Shown here in pieces: positions 10,277-18,473 of a stretch of 64,000 nt of DNA; the first letter of the stretch is position 1, and the number at the start of each line of letters is the position of its first letter. Source of the stretch: an uncultured Bacteroidales bacterium (lineage in GTDB: Bacteria > Bacteroidota > Bacteroidia > Bacteroidales > UBA932); assembly GCA_945939695.1 (NCBI GenBank), contig CAMEWE010000002.1, forward strand, positions 42,880 to 106,879. The letters run 5' to 3'. Both the position numbers and the translations under genes were made by a program. A model generated the notes under the pieces. It saw only the letters and a list, made by a program, of their open reading frames with translations. It ran no database searches and had not been told where the DNA came from.

Positions 10277-12724
10277 ATGATGAGAAAAATCCTATCCTCA
10301 ACAGTTCTTCTTGCAATGGCCTTATCACTTTTGGCGCAGGAAAGCAGGACCAAAGGTGGCTTCAAGGCAATTGTGAACGACGTTGACATCCAAGTGGAGT
10401 TCTACTCCCCAAGAATCGTACGTGTTATCAAGAGTCCAAGCGGAACCGAATTCGAGAAGAATAGCCTTTCTGTAACAAAATCACCAGAAAGCGTAAATGT
10501 TCAAGTTTCAAGTGGCGAATCGGACATCATCGCAAAATCATCGGATGTAAGCGTGAGTCTGGACAGAAAGACGGGAAGGATTACATTCAGCAGTCCGGGC
10601 GGAGAAATACTTCTCAGGGAAAAGGAATACGGGATACAGTTCCTTCCTATGAGCTACACCTCAAGGGAATTCGCCAAGGATGCCCTCGATGCGGGAGCCT
10701 ACGGCTATTCCCCGGCTATGCAGGACCAGGGGGCTCCCGGAATGGATCAAAGAAAGAGAAGGATGGTCCAGGTTACAGAGAAGACAAACGAAATCAGCCA
10801 AAGCTTTCTGTTTGATGAAGACGAGGTCATATACGGTCTTGGACAGCAGCAGGCAGGGCATATGAACCAGCGTAACCAAAGGCTCAACCTTGAGCAAAAC
10901 AATATGCTTGTCGCCATTCCGTACATTGCCTCAACGAAAGGATATGGTTTGTTCTGGGATAATTACTCCATTACACTTTTCACCGACACGAAGAGTTCAG
11001 GTGTGACATTCAAATCGGAAGCCGGAGACTGTGCGGATTATTATTTCCTTGCAGGAGGAGACGGAGACGGAACGGTGGCCCTTATGAGAGACCTGACAGG
11101 AGATGCGCCGATGATGCCGCTTTGGAGTTTCGGATTCTGGCAGAGCAAGGAGCGCTATGAATCACAGGACGAACTTGTAGGAATCGTCAGGAAATACCGC
11201 GAATTGGGCGTTCCGCTCGATGCTGTTGTCCAGGACTGGAAATATTGGGGAGAGCCGCCGCAGGAGCCTAATGACGATATGCAGTGGAACTCCATACAAT
11301 TCGGCAATCCTGCCTATCCTGATCCGAAGAAGATGATGGACGACATCCATTCCATGCACGCACACTCCATTATCTCCGTATGGTCGCAATTCGGAAAGGA
11401 ATCGGATATCTATAAGCAGCTGCAAAGTATAAATGCCATAATTCCTGTAAACACCTGGCCAAGCTCATCAACTCCATACGATGTATTCAATGTCAAGGCT
11501 AATGAGATGGTATGGGATAGAATGAGGGACAATATCTTCAAGTACGGAGTCGATGGTTGGTGGCTTGACGGTACCGAACCGGAGATCCACGAACCCAGAA
11601 CGGTTGCGCAGATGAACTTCAAAACCGCTCTCGGACCTTTCAGGAACTATCGCAATGCCTTCCCTCTCGGAGCCAACAGGGGCGTATATACCGGGCAGAG
11701 AGCTACGACTTCCGACAAAAGGGTGTACATACTGACGCGTTCGGCATTTGCCGGGCAGCAGAGATACGCAGCCAATACCTGGAGCGGAGATATTACTGCA
11801 AGCTGGGACATCTTCCACAAGCAGATATCAGCAGGTCTGAACTTCTCCATCTGCGGCATCCCTTATTGGAACACTGACATAGGAGCTTTCTATCCTCCTA
11901 AGCAGATGCCTGCCGAGTACGCCGGACATCCGGCCGATTACGAGTTCTACAAGCAACTCTACGTGCGCTGGTTCCAGTTCTCCACATTCCACCCTATGCT
12001 CCGTTCACACGGCACACGCGGTCCAAAGGAGATTTGGCAGTTCGGAGAAAGGGGCACCTGGGCCTTCGATGCCATTGAAAAATACATAAATCTCCGTTAC
12101 AAGCTTGTCCCGTATATCTACTCGACGGCCTGGCAGGTTACAAACAACAGATACTCATTCCTCCGTCATCCTTATATGGATTCTCCTGATGACGAGCGGA
12201 CATATCTTCTTGATGACGAATTCCTTTTCGGAAAATCGTTCCTCATTGCGCCCGTAATCGAAGAAAACGCGGAATCCAGAGATGTATATCTGCCGAACTC
12301 CTCTGCGTGGTTCGACTTCTGGACGGATGAGAAGCTCGAAGGCGGGCAGAGCGTAACGAAAGAGACGCCGATCGACATTGAACCTATATACGTAAAGGCA
12401 GGCTCAATAATCCCTTATACTACCAACAAGGCTCAATATACGGAAGCGATAGACTGGAACAGACTCGAACTCAAGATCTATCCCGGAGCAGACGGATCAT
12501 TCACCCTGTATGAGGACGAGTTCGATAACTATAACTACGAGAACGGAGATTACACCGAGATACCGATGCAGTGGGACGACGCTGCAGGAACTCTCACTGT
12601 TGGAGAAAGGAAAGGTGAATACAAGGGAATGATCAAAAAGAGAAAATTCGTGGTAACTCTTGCTGGAGGAAAATCAAAGACAATCTCCTATACGGGAAAG
12701 GCCGTTAAAGTCAAGATGCTGTAG
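10277..12724 (+). CDS. GH31 alpha-xylosidase, paralog of 7543..9978
   Basis: WWLDGTEPE, WSGD, YWNTDIGA. Collinear with the neighbouring GH31 (e.g. QRLNLEQNNM in both). Signal peptide from MMRKILSS. Confidence 0.88.
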   Translation: MMRKILSSTVLLAMALSLLAQESRTKGGFKAIVNDVDIQVEFYSPRIVRVIKSPSGTEFEKNSLSVTKSPESVNVQVSSGESDIIAKSSDVSVSLDRKTGRITFSSPGGEILLREKEYGIQFLPMSYTSREFAKDALDAGAYGYSPAMQDQGAPGMDQRKRRMVQVTEKTNEISQSFLFDEDEVIYGLGQQQAGHMNQRNQRLNLEQNNMLVAIPYIASTKGYGLFWDNYSITLFTDTKSSGVTFKSEAGDCADYYFLAGGDGDGTVALMRDLTGDAPMMPLWSFGFWQSKERYESQDELVGIVRKYRELGVPLDAVVQDWKYWGEPPQEPNDDMQWNSIQFGNPAYPDPKKMMDDIHSMHAHSIISVWSQFGKESDIYKQLQSINAIIPVNTWPSSSTPYDVFNVKANEMVWDRMRDNIFKYGVDGWWLDGTEPEIHEPRTVAQMNFKTALGPFRNYRNAFPLGANRGVYTGQRATTSDKRVYILTRSAFAGQQRYAANTWSGDITASWDIFHKQISAGLNFSICGIPYWNTDIGAFYPPKQMPAEYAGHPADYEFYKQLYVRWFQFSTFHPMLRSHGTRGPKEIWQFGERGTWAFDAIEKYINLRYKLVPYIYSTAWQVTNNRYSFLRHPYMDSPDDERTYLLDDEFLFGKSFLIAPVIEENAESRDVYLPNSSAWFDFWTDEKLEGGQSVTKETPIDIEPIYVKAGSIIPYTTNKAQYTEAIDWNRLELKIYPGADGSFTLYEDEFDNYNYENGDYTEIPMQWDDAAGTLTVGERKGEYKGMIKKRKFVVTLAGGKSKTISYTGKAVKVKML

Positions 12725-12795
12725 CAATTGACCTCAAACGCCTCTTCTGCGCTACCTGTTTGGCAGGCGAGGGTGCGGATGTCCGATAAAAATGC

Positions 12796-12803
12796 TATAT
12801 TTG
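12796..12803 (+). promoter_or_regulatory. -7 promoter box TATATTTG, 4 nt before the lactonase ATG
   Basis: Exact TAnnTTTG match. Confidence 0.6.
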
Positions 12804-12807
12804 GGAT

Positions 12808-13908
12808 ATGAATCGAATTCCTATATCTGGCATTGTGCTCTCAGGGCTGTTGTCGTGTGCCCTGCTCGGATCCTGCACCCGTCCTCTGCCGATGGTGGTG
12901 GGGACATATGGACATAATCTCTATGAGGTGGATTTCTATCCCGACGGCAGCTTCGGGCCGTTGAAAGCGATTCCGTCCGAAAATCCATCATTTGTGATAC
13001 GCGAAGGCGCCGGCCACTATTTTGCGGTCAGCGAGAACGATCCTCACAGCGGCGTGTACTCGTATTCGGAGTCCGCGGTCACTGCATTCAGTGACCACAG
13101 CGACTTCTGCCCCTGCCACCTGCTGTGTGTCGGGGATATGATCTACACTGCCGATTATGGGAAGGGCTCGATCTCCGCTTTCCCTGTGCTGGACGGGGTG
13201 GTACAGGCAAAATCCGGCGTCATACACTACGATTGCAGCGGACCGGACCCGGTACGCCAGACGCATTCGCACATACACCAGTTGCGCATGATCCCGGACG
13301 GGATTTGCCGTAAACTCGGGCTGGTAGGGGAGTGGATGCTGGCATCGGACCTCGGAGGTGACGTAATCCACGTGCTGAGTAGGAATGATGGCGCTGAGCT
13401 GCAGGACTGCCCTGAACTTGCGATAAAGCTGGCTCCTGGAACGGGACCGAGGCATATGGAGTTCAATCCTGACGCAAACATGCTCTACTGCATCACCGAA
13501 CTCGGGGGTATGGTGTACGCGATTGACATAAGCTCGGAGGACGGGAAGCCGCGCTTCGAGACCTTGCAGACGCTGAAGGCTGACCAAGTTGATGCCGGAG
13601 GCAGCGCGGATATTCACCTGCACCCTTCGGGAAAGTTCCTGTACACCTCGCATCGTCTTGATAATGATGGTATTGCTGTATTCGATGTGAGAGAAGACGG
13701 CACGCTTGAGCTGAGCTCATACCGGAGGACCGGACTGCATCCGCGCAACTTTGCCATTACGCCGGACGGGAAATATCTGCTCGTCGCCTGCCGGGATTCA
13801 TACTGCATCCAGGTATTTGCCATAGACCCGAAAGACGGCACCCTCTCCGTCGAGCCGCTGAACACCCTCCACTTCGACACCGATCAACCGGTCTGCATAG
13901 CGTTCTGA
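12808..13908 (+). CDS. pgl: 6-phosphogluconolactonase/lactonase family beta-propeller, predicted lipoprotein
   Basis: GTY, NPSF, RQTHSHIH, SDLGGD, GTGPRHM, ADIHLHPSGKFLYTSHR, HPRNFAI. Lipobox LGSC. Confidence 0.85.
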   Translation: MNRIPISGIVLSGLLSCALLGSCTRPLPMVVGTYGHNLYEVDFYPDGSFGPLKAIPSENPSFVIREGAGHYFAVSENDPHSGVYSYSESAVTAFSDHSDFCPCHLLCVGDMIYTADYGKGSISAFPVLDGVVQAKSGVIHYDCSGPDPVRQTHSHIHQLRMIPDGICRKLGLVGEWMLASDLGGDVIHVLSRNDGAELQDCPELAIKLAPGTGPRHMEFNPDANMLYCITELGGMVYAIDISSEDGKPRFETLQTLKADQVDAGGSADIHLHPSGKFLYTSHRLDNDGIAVFDVREDGTLELSSYRRTGLHPRNFAITPDGKYLLVACRDSYCIQVFAIDPKDGTLSVEPLNTLHFDTDQPVCIAF

Positions 13909-13927
13909 GTTGTTACCATAGAAAAAG

Positions 13928-13966
13928 GAGAGTGGCTATCAGTCAATCGACCTTTTAGCCACTCTC
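13928..13966. terminator. Hairpin between convergent pgl and ferritin (probable bidirectional terminator)
   Basis: 11-bp perfect inverted repeat GAGAGTGGCTA / TAGCCACTCTC. Confidence 0.65.
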
Positions 13967-13994
13967 GGAATAAGCCTAAAGGATTGCAGGCGTA

Positions 13995-14477
13995 TTATTT
14001 GCGCTGTGCAAGTTCGGTGTCAACGTGGAACTGGCAGTGCTCACCGGCGTGCCTGAGGGAGTCGACGATGCCGGCAGCGGTAGCTTCTTCCTCCACCTGC
14101 TCGCGAACGAAGCCCCAGAGGAAGTCCTGGGTGGCCTTGTCATTCTCTGCCGAAGCCAGATCGACGAGCTCATCTATGAGTTTGGATACGTGGCACTCGT
14201 GGTTGTAAACAGCTTCAAAAACTTCGAGGAGGCTCTTCCATCCGAAAGGAACTTCGTCAAGTTTTCCCACTCGTGCTTCTCCTCCGCGCTTAATGAGGTA
14301 GTCTGCCATTGTGAGGGCGTGCTCCTTCTCTTCGTCGGCCTGCTTGAACATCCAGTTTGCGGAACCGTTCCAACCTTCCTTCTTGAGGAAAAGGGCCATT
14401 GAGAGATAGAGGTTTGAAGACCAAAGCTCAGCAACGATCTGATCGTTGATGGCGTTTTCGAGTTTCTTGCTAATCAT
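13995..14477 (-). CDS. ftnA: Non-heme ferritin
   Basis: INDQIVAELWSSNLYLSM, QADEEKEHA, FLWGFVREQVEEE ferroxidase residues. Confidence 0.95.
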   Translation of the reverse strand: MISKKLENAINDQIVAELWSSNLYLSMALFLKKEGWNGSANWMFKQADEEKEHALTMADYLIKRGGEARVGKLDEVPFGWKSLLEVFEAVYNHECHVSKLIDELVDLASAENDKATQDFLWGFVREQVEEEATAAGIVDSLRHAGEHCQFHVDTELAQRK

Positions 14478-14586
14478 TTTATCATTAATTTAAGAACTTT
14501 ATGTCCGTGATGCAAATTTGGTTAACTTTAAATTGAAACGCAAATAATGGTGAAATTTCTTTGGGTAACATTTGATCCTGAGCTGA

Positions 14587-15057
14587 CTATTCCCCAATCT
14601 CCACCTTGTCAATTCTGATCCGGTAAGTGCCGGCAGGGGCCTGCACATCCACAATCTCGCCGGCCTTCCTGCCCATCAGGGCGAGTCCGATAGGGGATTT
14701 GCAGGAAAGTTTGCCCTGCTCCAGGTCCATCTCGTGGTGGCCGACGAGAGTGAAGCAGCGGCTGACTCCGGTGGACAGGTTGGTGAACTCCACTTTGCTC
14801 AGCAGGGAAATCCGGTCTTTCGGCAGGGCTTTGGTATCTATTACCCTGGAGTGCTGGAGCACCTTCTGAAGGAAGCGGATGCGGCTGATCGCCTTTGCCT
14901 GGGCCCTGCGGGCGGCGCGGTACTCGAAGTTCTCGCTCAAGTCTCCCTGGGCGCGAGCTTCCGACAATTCGTCCTTGATTCGGGGGTATTCCTCGTTGAT
15001 AAGCCGCTTGAGCTCTTCGGACAACTGCCCGTATCTTTCTTTTGAAAGGTATTCCAT
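14587..15057 (-). CDS. greA: Transcription elongation factor GreA/GreB family
   Basis: ARAQGDLSENFEY, SCKSPIGLALMG. Confidence 0.9.
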   Translation of the reverse strand: MEYLSKERYGQLSEELKRLINEEYPRIKDELSEARAQGDLSENFEYRAARRAQAKAISRIRFLQKVLQHSRVIDTKALPKDRISLLSKVEFTNLSTGVSRCFTLVGHHEMDLEQGKLSCKSPIGLALMGRKAGEIVDVQAPAGTYRIRIDKVEIGE

Positions 15058-15139
15058 AATGCGTAGCCTTGTTCCGCAAAATTAGTCAAAATTACACAAG
15101 AATAGTTCGGACAGCAAATGAAAGCAGTGAAATATTAGG

Positions 15140-15147
15140 TATATTTG
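15140..15147 (+). promoter_or_regulatory. -7 promoter box TATATTTG, 4 nt before the lipocalin-like ATG
   Basis: Exact TAnnTTTG match. Confidence 0.6.
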
Positions 15148-15151
15148 TGGT

Positions 15152-15592
15152 ATGAAAAGAACAATTGTCAAAATTTGCCTGATCGTAGCAGCCGCAGCGC
15201 TCTCATCCGCGTGCGGCAACAGCAGCGGCTTGGAGAAGCAACTGCTTGGAAAATGGCTTGGATCCGTTCCGGGAACGGAGTTTGAGCAGGGGATTGAGTT
15301 CCGCGCTGACGGCACTGCCGTTTCCGTGAACATGGCCACCCTGCAATACGAATCCTGGCGCCTGGAGCGCGGGAAACTGCTCCTCGAAGGCACCAGTATA
15401 GGCAACGGCATCAGTTGCGGGTTCTGCGACACCCTTGACGTGGTGTGCGTATCTGCTGACAGTCTCGTGCTGTCGAAGAAAATCTTGTCATTTCCCTTGC
15501 GAGGGAGTAGCTTGCTGCGCGAAAATCCGTATATTTGCGGAGGCAGTGGTCAATTTTGGATAAAGTGTTATGGACAAGTACTTTACCTTTAA
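15152..15592 (+). CDS. Lipocalin-like lipoprotein (Bacteroidetes family)
   Basis: Lipobox SAC. LLGKW...QGIEFRADGTAVSVNMATLQYESW...GTSIGNG...DTL...ADSLVL matches my recollection of the family. The 3' end may be aberrant. Confidence 0.65.
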   Translation: MKRTIVKICLIVAAAALSSACGNSSGLEKQLLGKWLGSVPGTEFEQGIEFRADGTAVSVNMATLQYESWRLERGKLLLEGTSIGNGISCGFCDTLDVVCVSADSLVLSKKILSFPLRGSSLLRENPYICGGSGQFWIKCYGQVLYL

Positions 15593-16712
15593 TAAATACG
15601 TCACCGGCGCAATCCACGTGGGTCGTGTAAACGAAGCACGTGCGCTCGCGAACCTGCTCGTCCAGCGGGAAAACGTCGTCATATCGGAGCCGCCGAAGAG
15701 CGGTAAGCAGTCCCTGGTGCGCCAGACTTTCCTCAATATGAAGGCGTCGGGTGCGGATTTCGTGCCTGTGATTGTGGACCTGATGAGCCTGCGAAGCGTG
15801 GCTGATTTCGTGAAACAGCTCAGTTCCGAACTCCTGAAGTCGTTCTGGAGCACGCCGGCAGAATATGCGGATGCCGCCGCGAACATGCTCGGATCTACGC
15901 ATCTGGTCTTCGATGCCAATTCGTATCAGCGTGAGGGCGAGGTGGTTTCGCTGAACTGGGATGTGGACAGCAATGATCTGCGTGCCGCCGTTTCCTTGGC
16001 GCGCCGCATCTCGGAGTCGAAAGGGAAGCGCGTGTACGTGCTCCTGCTCGAATTCCAGAACGTGATGCTCACTGAGGACGGCGACGGCATACTCTCAGCC
16101 TTTGAAGATGTGCTTGGGGAGGGTCCGTGCGACGCCGGTTTCATTTTCTGCGGCTCCCGCATCAACGCTATGTCCCGGATCCTGCGTGAACATTACAGGT
16201 TCCGCAAGTGCTGCGAACGCCTGCGTCTGCCGGAAATCGACGCGCGCCTTATTATTGACCACATTATACGCGGATTCAATTCCACTGGTAAGGTTACCGA
16301 GAGGGATCTGCTGCTGGGAGTGTGCAAGCTCTTCCGTGGCAATATGTTTTATATCAATCACTTCTGTTCGATCTGCGATGCCTTGAGCAGGGGCTACATT
16401 ATGGATTCCGTGCTCACCGAGGCACTTGGCCAGGTGATTTCAGTGCACCAGCCCCGATTCCTGAATATGATATATGACCTCACCTCTTTCCAGCTTCGTT
16501 TCCTCAAGGCGATACTCGACGGGCATACCAAGTTTTCCAGCACGGAAATCATTGAGCAGTACAAACTCAACTCATCGGCAAACGTGCTCAGACTCAAGGA
16601 GGCACTGTGCCGCAAGGAAATAGTGTACTTCGACGACGCCGGTGTTCCGCATATCATTGACCCGCTCTTCGAGTATTGGGTGAGGACAGCGTATTTCGGT
16701 ATGAAGATATGA
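15570..16712 (+). CDS. P-loop ATPase-like protein (archaeal-ATPase/STAND-like fold) with degenerate Walker motifs
   Basis: N-terminal F...YVTG....GR, Walker A-like EPPKSGKQS, Walker B-like LLLEFQNV, FCGS, and C-terminal IDPLFEYW typical of Bacteroidales ATP-binding proteins. Confidence 0.7.
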   Translation: MDKYFTFNKYVTGAIHVGRVNEARALANLLVQRENVVISEPPKSGKQSLVRQTFLNMKASGADFVPVIVDLMSLRSVADFVKQLSSELLKSFWSTPAEYADAAANMLGSTHLVFDANSYQREGEVVSLNWDVDSNDLRAAVSLARRISESKGKRVYVLLLEFQNVMLTEDGDGILSAFEDVLGEGPCDAGFIFCGSRINAMSRILREHYRFRKCCERLRLPEIDARLIIDHIIRGFNSTGKVTERDLLLGVCKLFRGNMFYINHFCSICDALSRGYIMDSVLTEALGQVISVHQPRFLNMIYDLTSFQLRFLKAILDGHTKFSSTEIIEQYKLNSSANVLRLKEALCRKEIVYFDDAGVPHIIDPLFEYWVRTAYFGMKI

Positions 16713-17419
16713 GTGCAATGAAATCAATAGCAGTGCTCACAGGCGCCGGCGTAAGCGCAGAGAGCGGACTGCAGACATACAGGGACAACAATGGCCTCTG
16801 GAACGACTACGACCCTATGGTGGTGGCATCGGTCGAGGGTTGGGCCTCCGACCCGGGGCTTGTGCTGGAGTTTTATAACAAGCGCAGGGCGGAGTTGGCG
16901 CAGACCCGTCCGAATGAGGCGCACAGGCTCATAGCGGAATTGGAAGAGAGGTACCGGGTGGATGTGATAACCCAGAACGTGGACAATCTTCACGAGAGGG
17001 CCGGCTCCACGCACGTGATTCACCTGCACGGCGAACTCACAAAGATACGCCCGCAGAACAGCTGCAACGAGGAGGACGGGTACTCCGAGAAACTGGTCGT
17101 GGACATAGGCTACGGCAGTGTCGGTTTGGGCGATATCGCCCCGAATGGAGCGCAGTACCGGCCGCACATAGTCTTTTTCGGAGAGGCGGTGCCGAAGATG
17201 GAGAGAGCGATAGACATAGTGTCCAAGGCGGATGCCGTGATTATCGTGGGTACTTCGCTGAGCGTATATCCGGCGGCAGGCTTGTACCGTTACGCTCCCT
17301 GGGAGGCTCCGATTTACCTTGTCGATCCTGCGGAAATGAGGCTGCACGACAGCCGCATAAGGCATATCAAAAAAGTTGCAAGTGAAGGAATGCGGGAATG
17401 TTTGGAACTTTTGAAATAA
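16709..17419 (+). CDS. cobB: NAD-dependent protein deacylase (class III sirtuin)
   Basis: GAGVSAESG, FYNKRR, TQNVDNLHERAG, HLHGE, RPHIVFFGE, GTSLSVYPAA. ATG 16709 overlaps the upstream stop (ATGA). Confidence 0.93.
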   Translation: MSAMKSIAVLTGAGVSAESGLQTYRDNNGLWNDYDPMVVASVEGWASDPGLVLEFYNKRRAELAQTRPNEAHRLIAELEERYRVDVITQNVDNLHERAGSTHVIHLHGELTKIRPQNSCNEEDGYSEKLVVDIGYGSVGLGDIAPNGAQYRPHIVFFGEAVPKMERAIDIVSKADAVIIVGTSLSVYPAAGLYRYAPWEAPIYLVDPAEMRLHDSRIRHIKKVASEGMRECLELLK

Positions 17420-17432
17420 TTACTTATCTTTG
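17401..17432 (+). promoter_or_regulatory. rpsU promoter: TTTG (-33) and TATCTTTG (-7)
   Basis: TTTG at 17401-17404, 20-nt spacer, TATCTTTG at 17425-17432. Confidence 0.7.
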
Positions 17433-17446
17433 CGCCCGCAATTGAA

Positions 17447-17457
17447 AAGGAGGTGAT
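17447..17457 (+). promoter_or_regulatory. Strong Shine-Dalgarno AAGGAGGTGAT upstream of rpsU
   Basis: Directly visible 6 nt before ATG 17464. Confidence 0.8.
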
Positions 17458-17463
17458 TTAGAA

Positions 17464-17658
17464 ATGATAATTGTACCAGTAAAGGAAGGCGAGAACATCG
17501 ATCGCGCGTTGAAGAAATTCAAGAGGAAATTCGAGAAGACCGGAGCAATCCGTGAGCTGCGCTCACGCAAGAACTTTGAGAAGCCTTCTGAGAAGCGTCG
17601 TGTGGCAAAAATGAAGGCCATCTACGTTCAGCACCTCCGTCTTCAGGACGAGCAGTAA
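17464..17658 (+). CDS. rpsU: 30S ribosomal protein S21
   Basis: VKEGENIDRALKKFKRK...LRSRKNFEKPSEKRR. Confidence 0.97.
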   Translation: MIIVPVKEGENIDRALKKFKRKFEKTGAIRELRSRKNFEKPSEKRRVAKMKAIYVQHLRLQDEQ

Positions 17659-17678
17659 TCAAAGTAGATACATTTTGG

Positions 17679-17709
17679 TCCGGATACTGTCAAGCATCCG
17701 GATTTTTTT
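17679..17709 (+). terminator. Intrinsic terminator after rpsU
   Basis: TCCGGAT / ATCCGGA stem followed by T7. Confidence 0.7.
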
Positions 17710-17770
17710 ATATCTTTGCGAAAAATATGTTATTTATGTTTCGCAGGTGCGGAACTTGAGTTTGTAAACT

Positions 17771-17992
17771 ATGTATTGGACACTCGAATTGGCCAGCAGC
17801 CTGGACGATGCTCCATGGCCGGCAAGCAAAGAAGAACTTATAGATTATGCTAACCGTTCCGGCGCTCCGGAAGAGGTGATTGAGAATCTCGAGGAGCTCG
17901 AGGATGACGGGGAGGACTACGAGTCGATAGAGGACATCTGGCCTGACTATCCTACCAAAGACGACTTTTTCTTCAACGAGGAGGAGTATTAG
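17771..17992 (+). CDS. DUF2795-family small acidic protein
   Basis: MYWTLELAS.L.DAPWPASKEELIDYA.RSGAP.EV.ENL, a highly conserved Bacteroidetes protein. Own TATCTTTG box at 17711-17718. Confidence 0.85.
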   Translation: MYWTLELASSLDDAPWPASKEELIDYANRSGAPEEVIENLEELEDDGEDYESIEDIWPDYPTKDDFFFNEEEY

Positions 17993-18030
17993 ACATTAAG
18001 GGCCCTGCACAAGGGCTGATAATAGTTACA

Positions 18031-18066
18031 GAGAGACGGGAAACCTGGTTTTCCTGTCTCTCTTTT
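18031..18066 (+). terminator. Hairpin terminator after DUF2795
   Basis: GAGAGACGGGAAACC / GGTTTTCCTGTCTCTC imperfect stem followed by TTTT. Confidence 0.6.
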
Positions 18067-18473
18067 CGCTTTGCGCAATTGTCTTTCATTTTTGTGGATA
18101 AGGCGTGAAAAATTGTAAGTATTCGGTAAAGATACTAAGGAGATTATTATGAATGGAACGGTAAACAGATTGTCACCAAAGCACTTGCGAAACTTAAAAT
18201 GTGAAATTTTACATATTTGGCAGTTAAGTTTGATAATAGGTAATTCAACGGATTTACAGGGAATAAACAGAGCGGCTGTTTCTGGATATAAATCGATTTG
18301 TAAGCTCATCTATATACAATGGAAACACAAATTACTTATATTTGTGGACATGGATCAAATGATTTGACATTGAAAAGAAAACTTCCGTTTATAAAAGAGG
18401 CTATCACACCTTATGCACTTCAGAAGCATTAGGAAACAAAGTTCCGGCAAAAGTTTATAGAAAATCTATAATT

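Noticed and set aside
14465-14500. Fur-box-like AATGATAAAATGATT at the ferritin start (minus strand)
   Set aside because: Only a loose match in very AT-rich DNA overlapping the start codon; not distinguishable from chance without a position-weight-matrix scan.
15570-17419. ATPase + Sir2 pair as an anti-phage system (Sir2-HerA/AVAST-like)
   Set aside because: The sirtuin is a canonical CobB deacylase with full peptide-binding motifs rather than a divergent NADase SIR2, and the locus sits among housekeeping genes.
18149-18367. 72-aa ORF upstream of the patatin gene
   Set aside because: No motifs, AT-rich intergenic composition, and it spans the patatin promoter box at 18337-18344.
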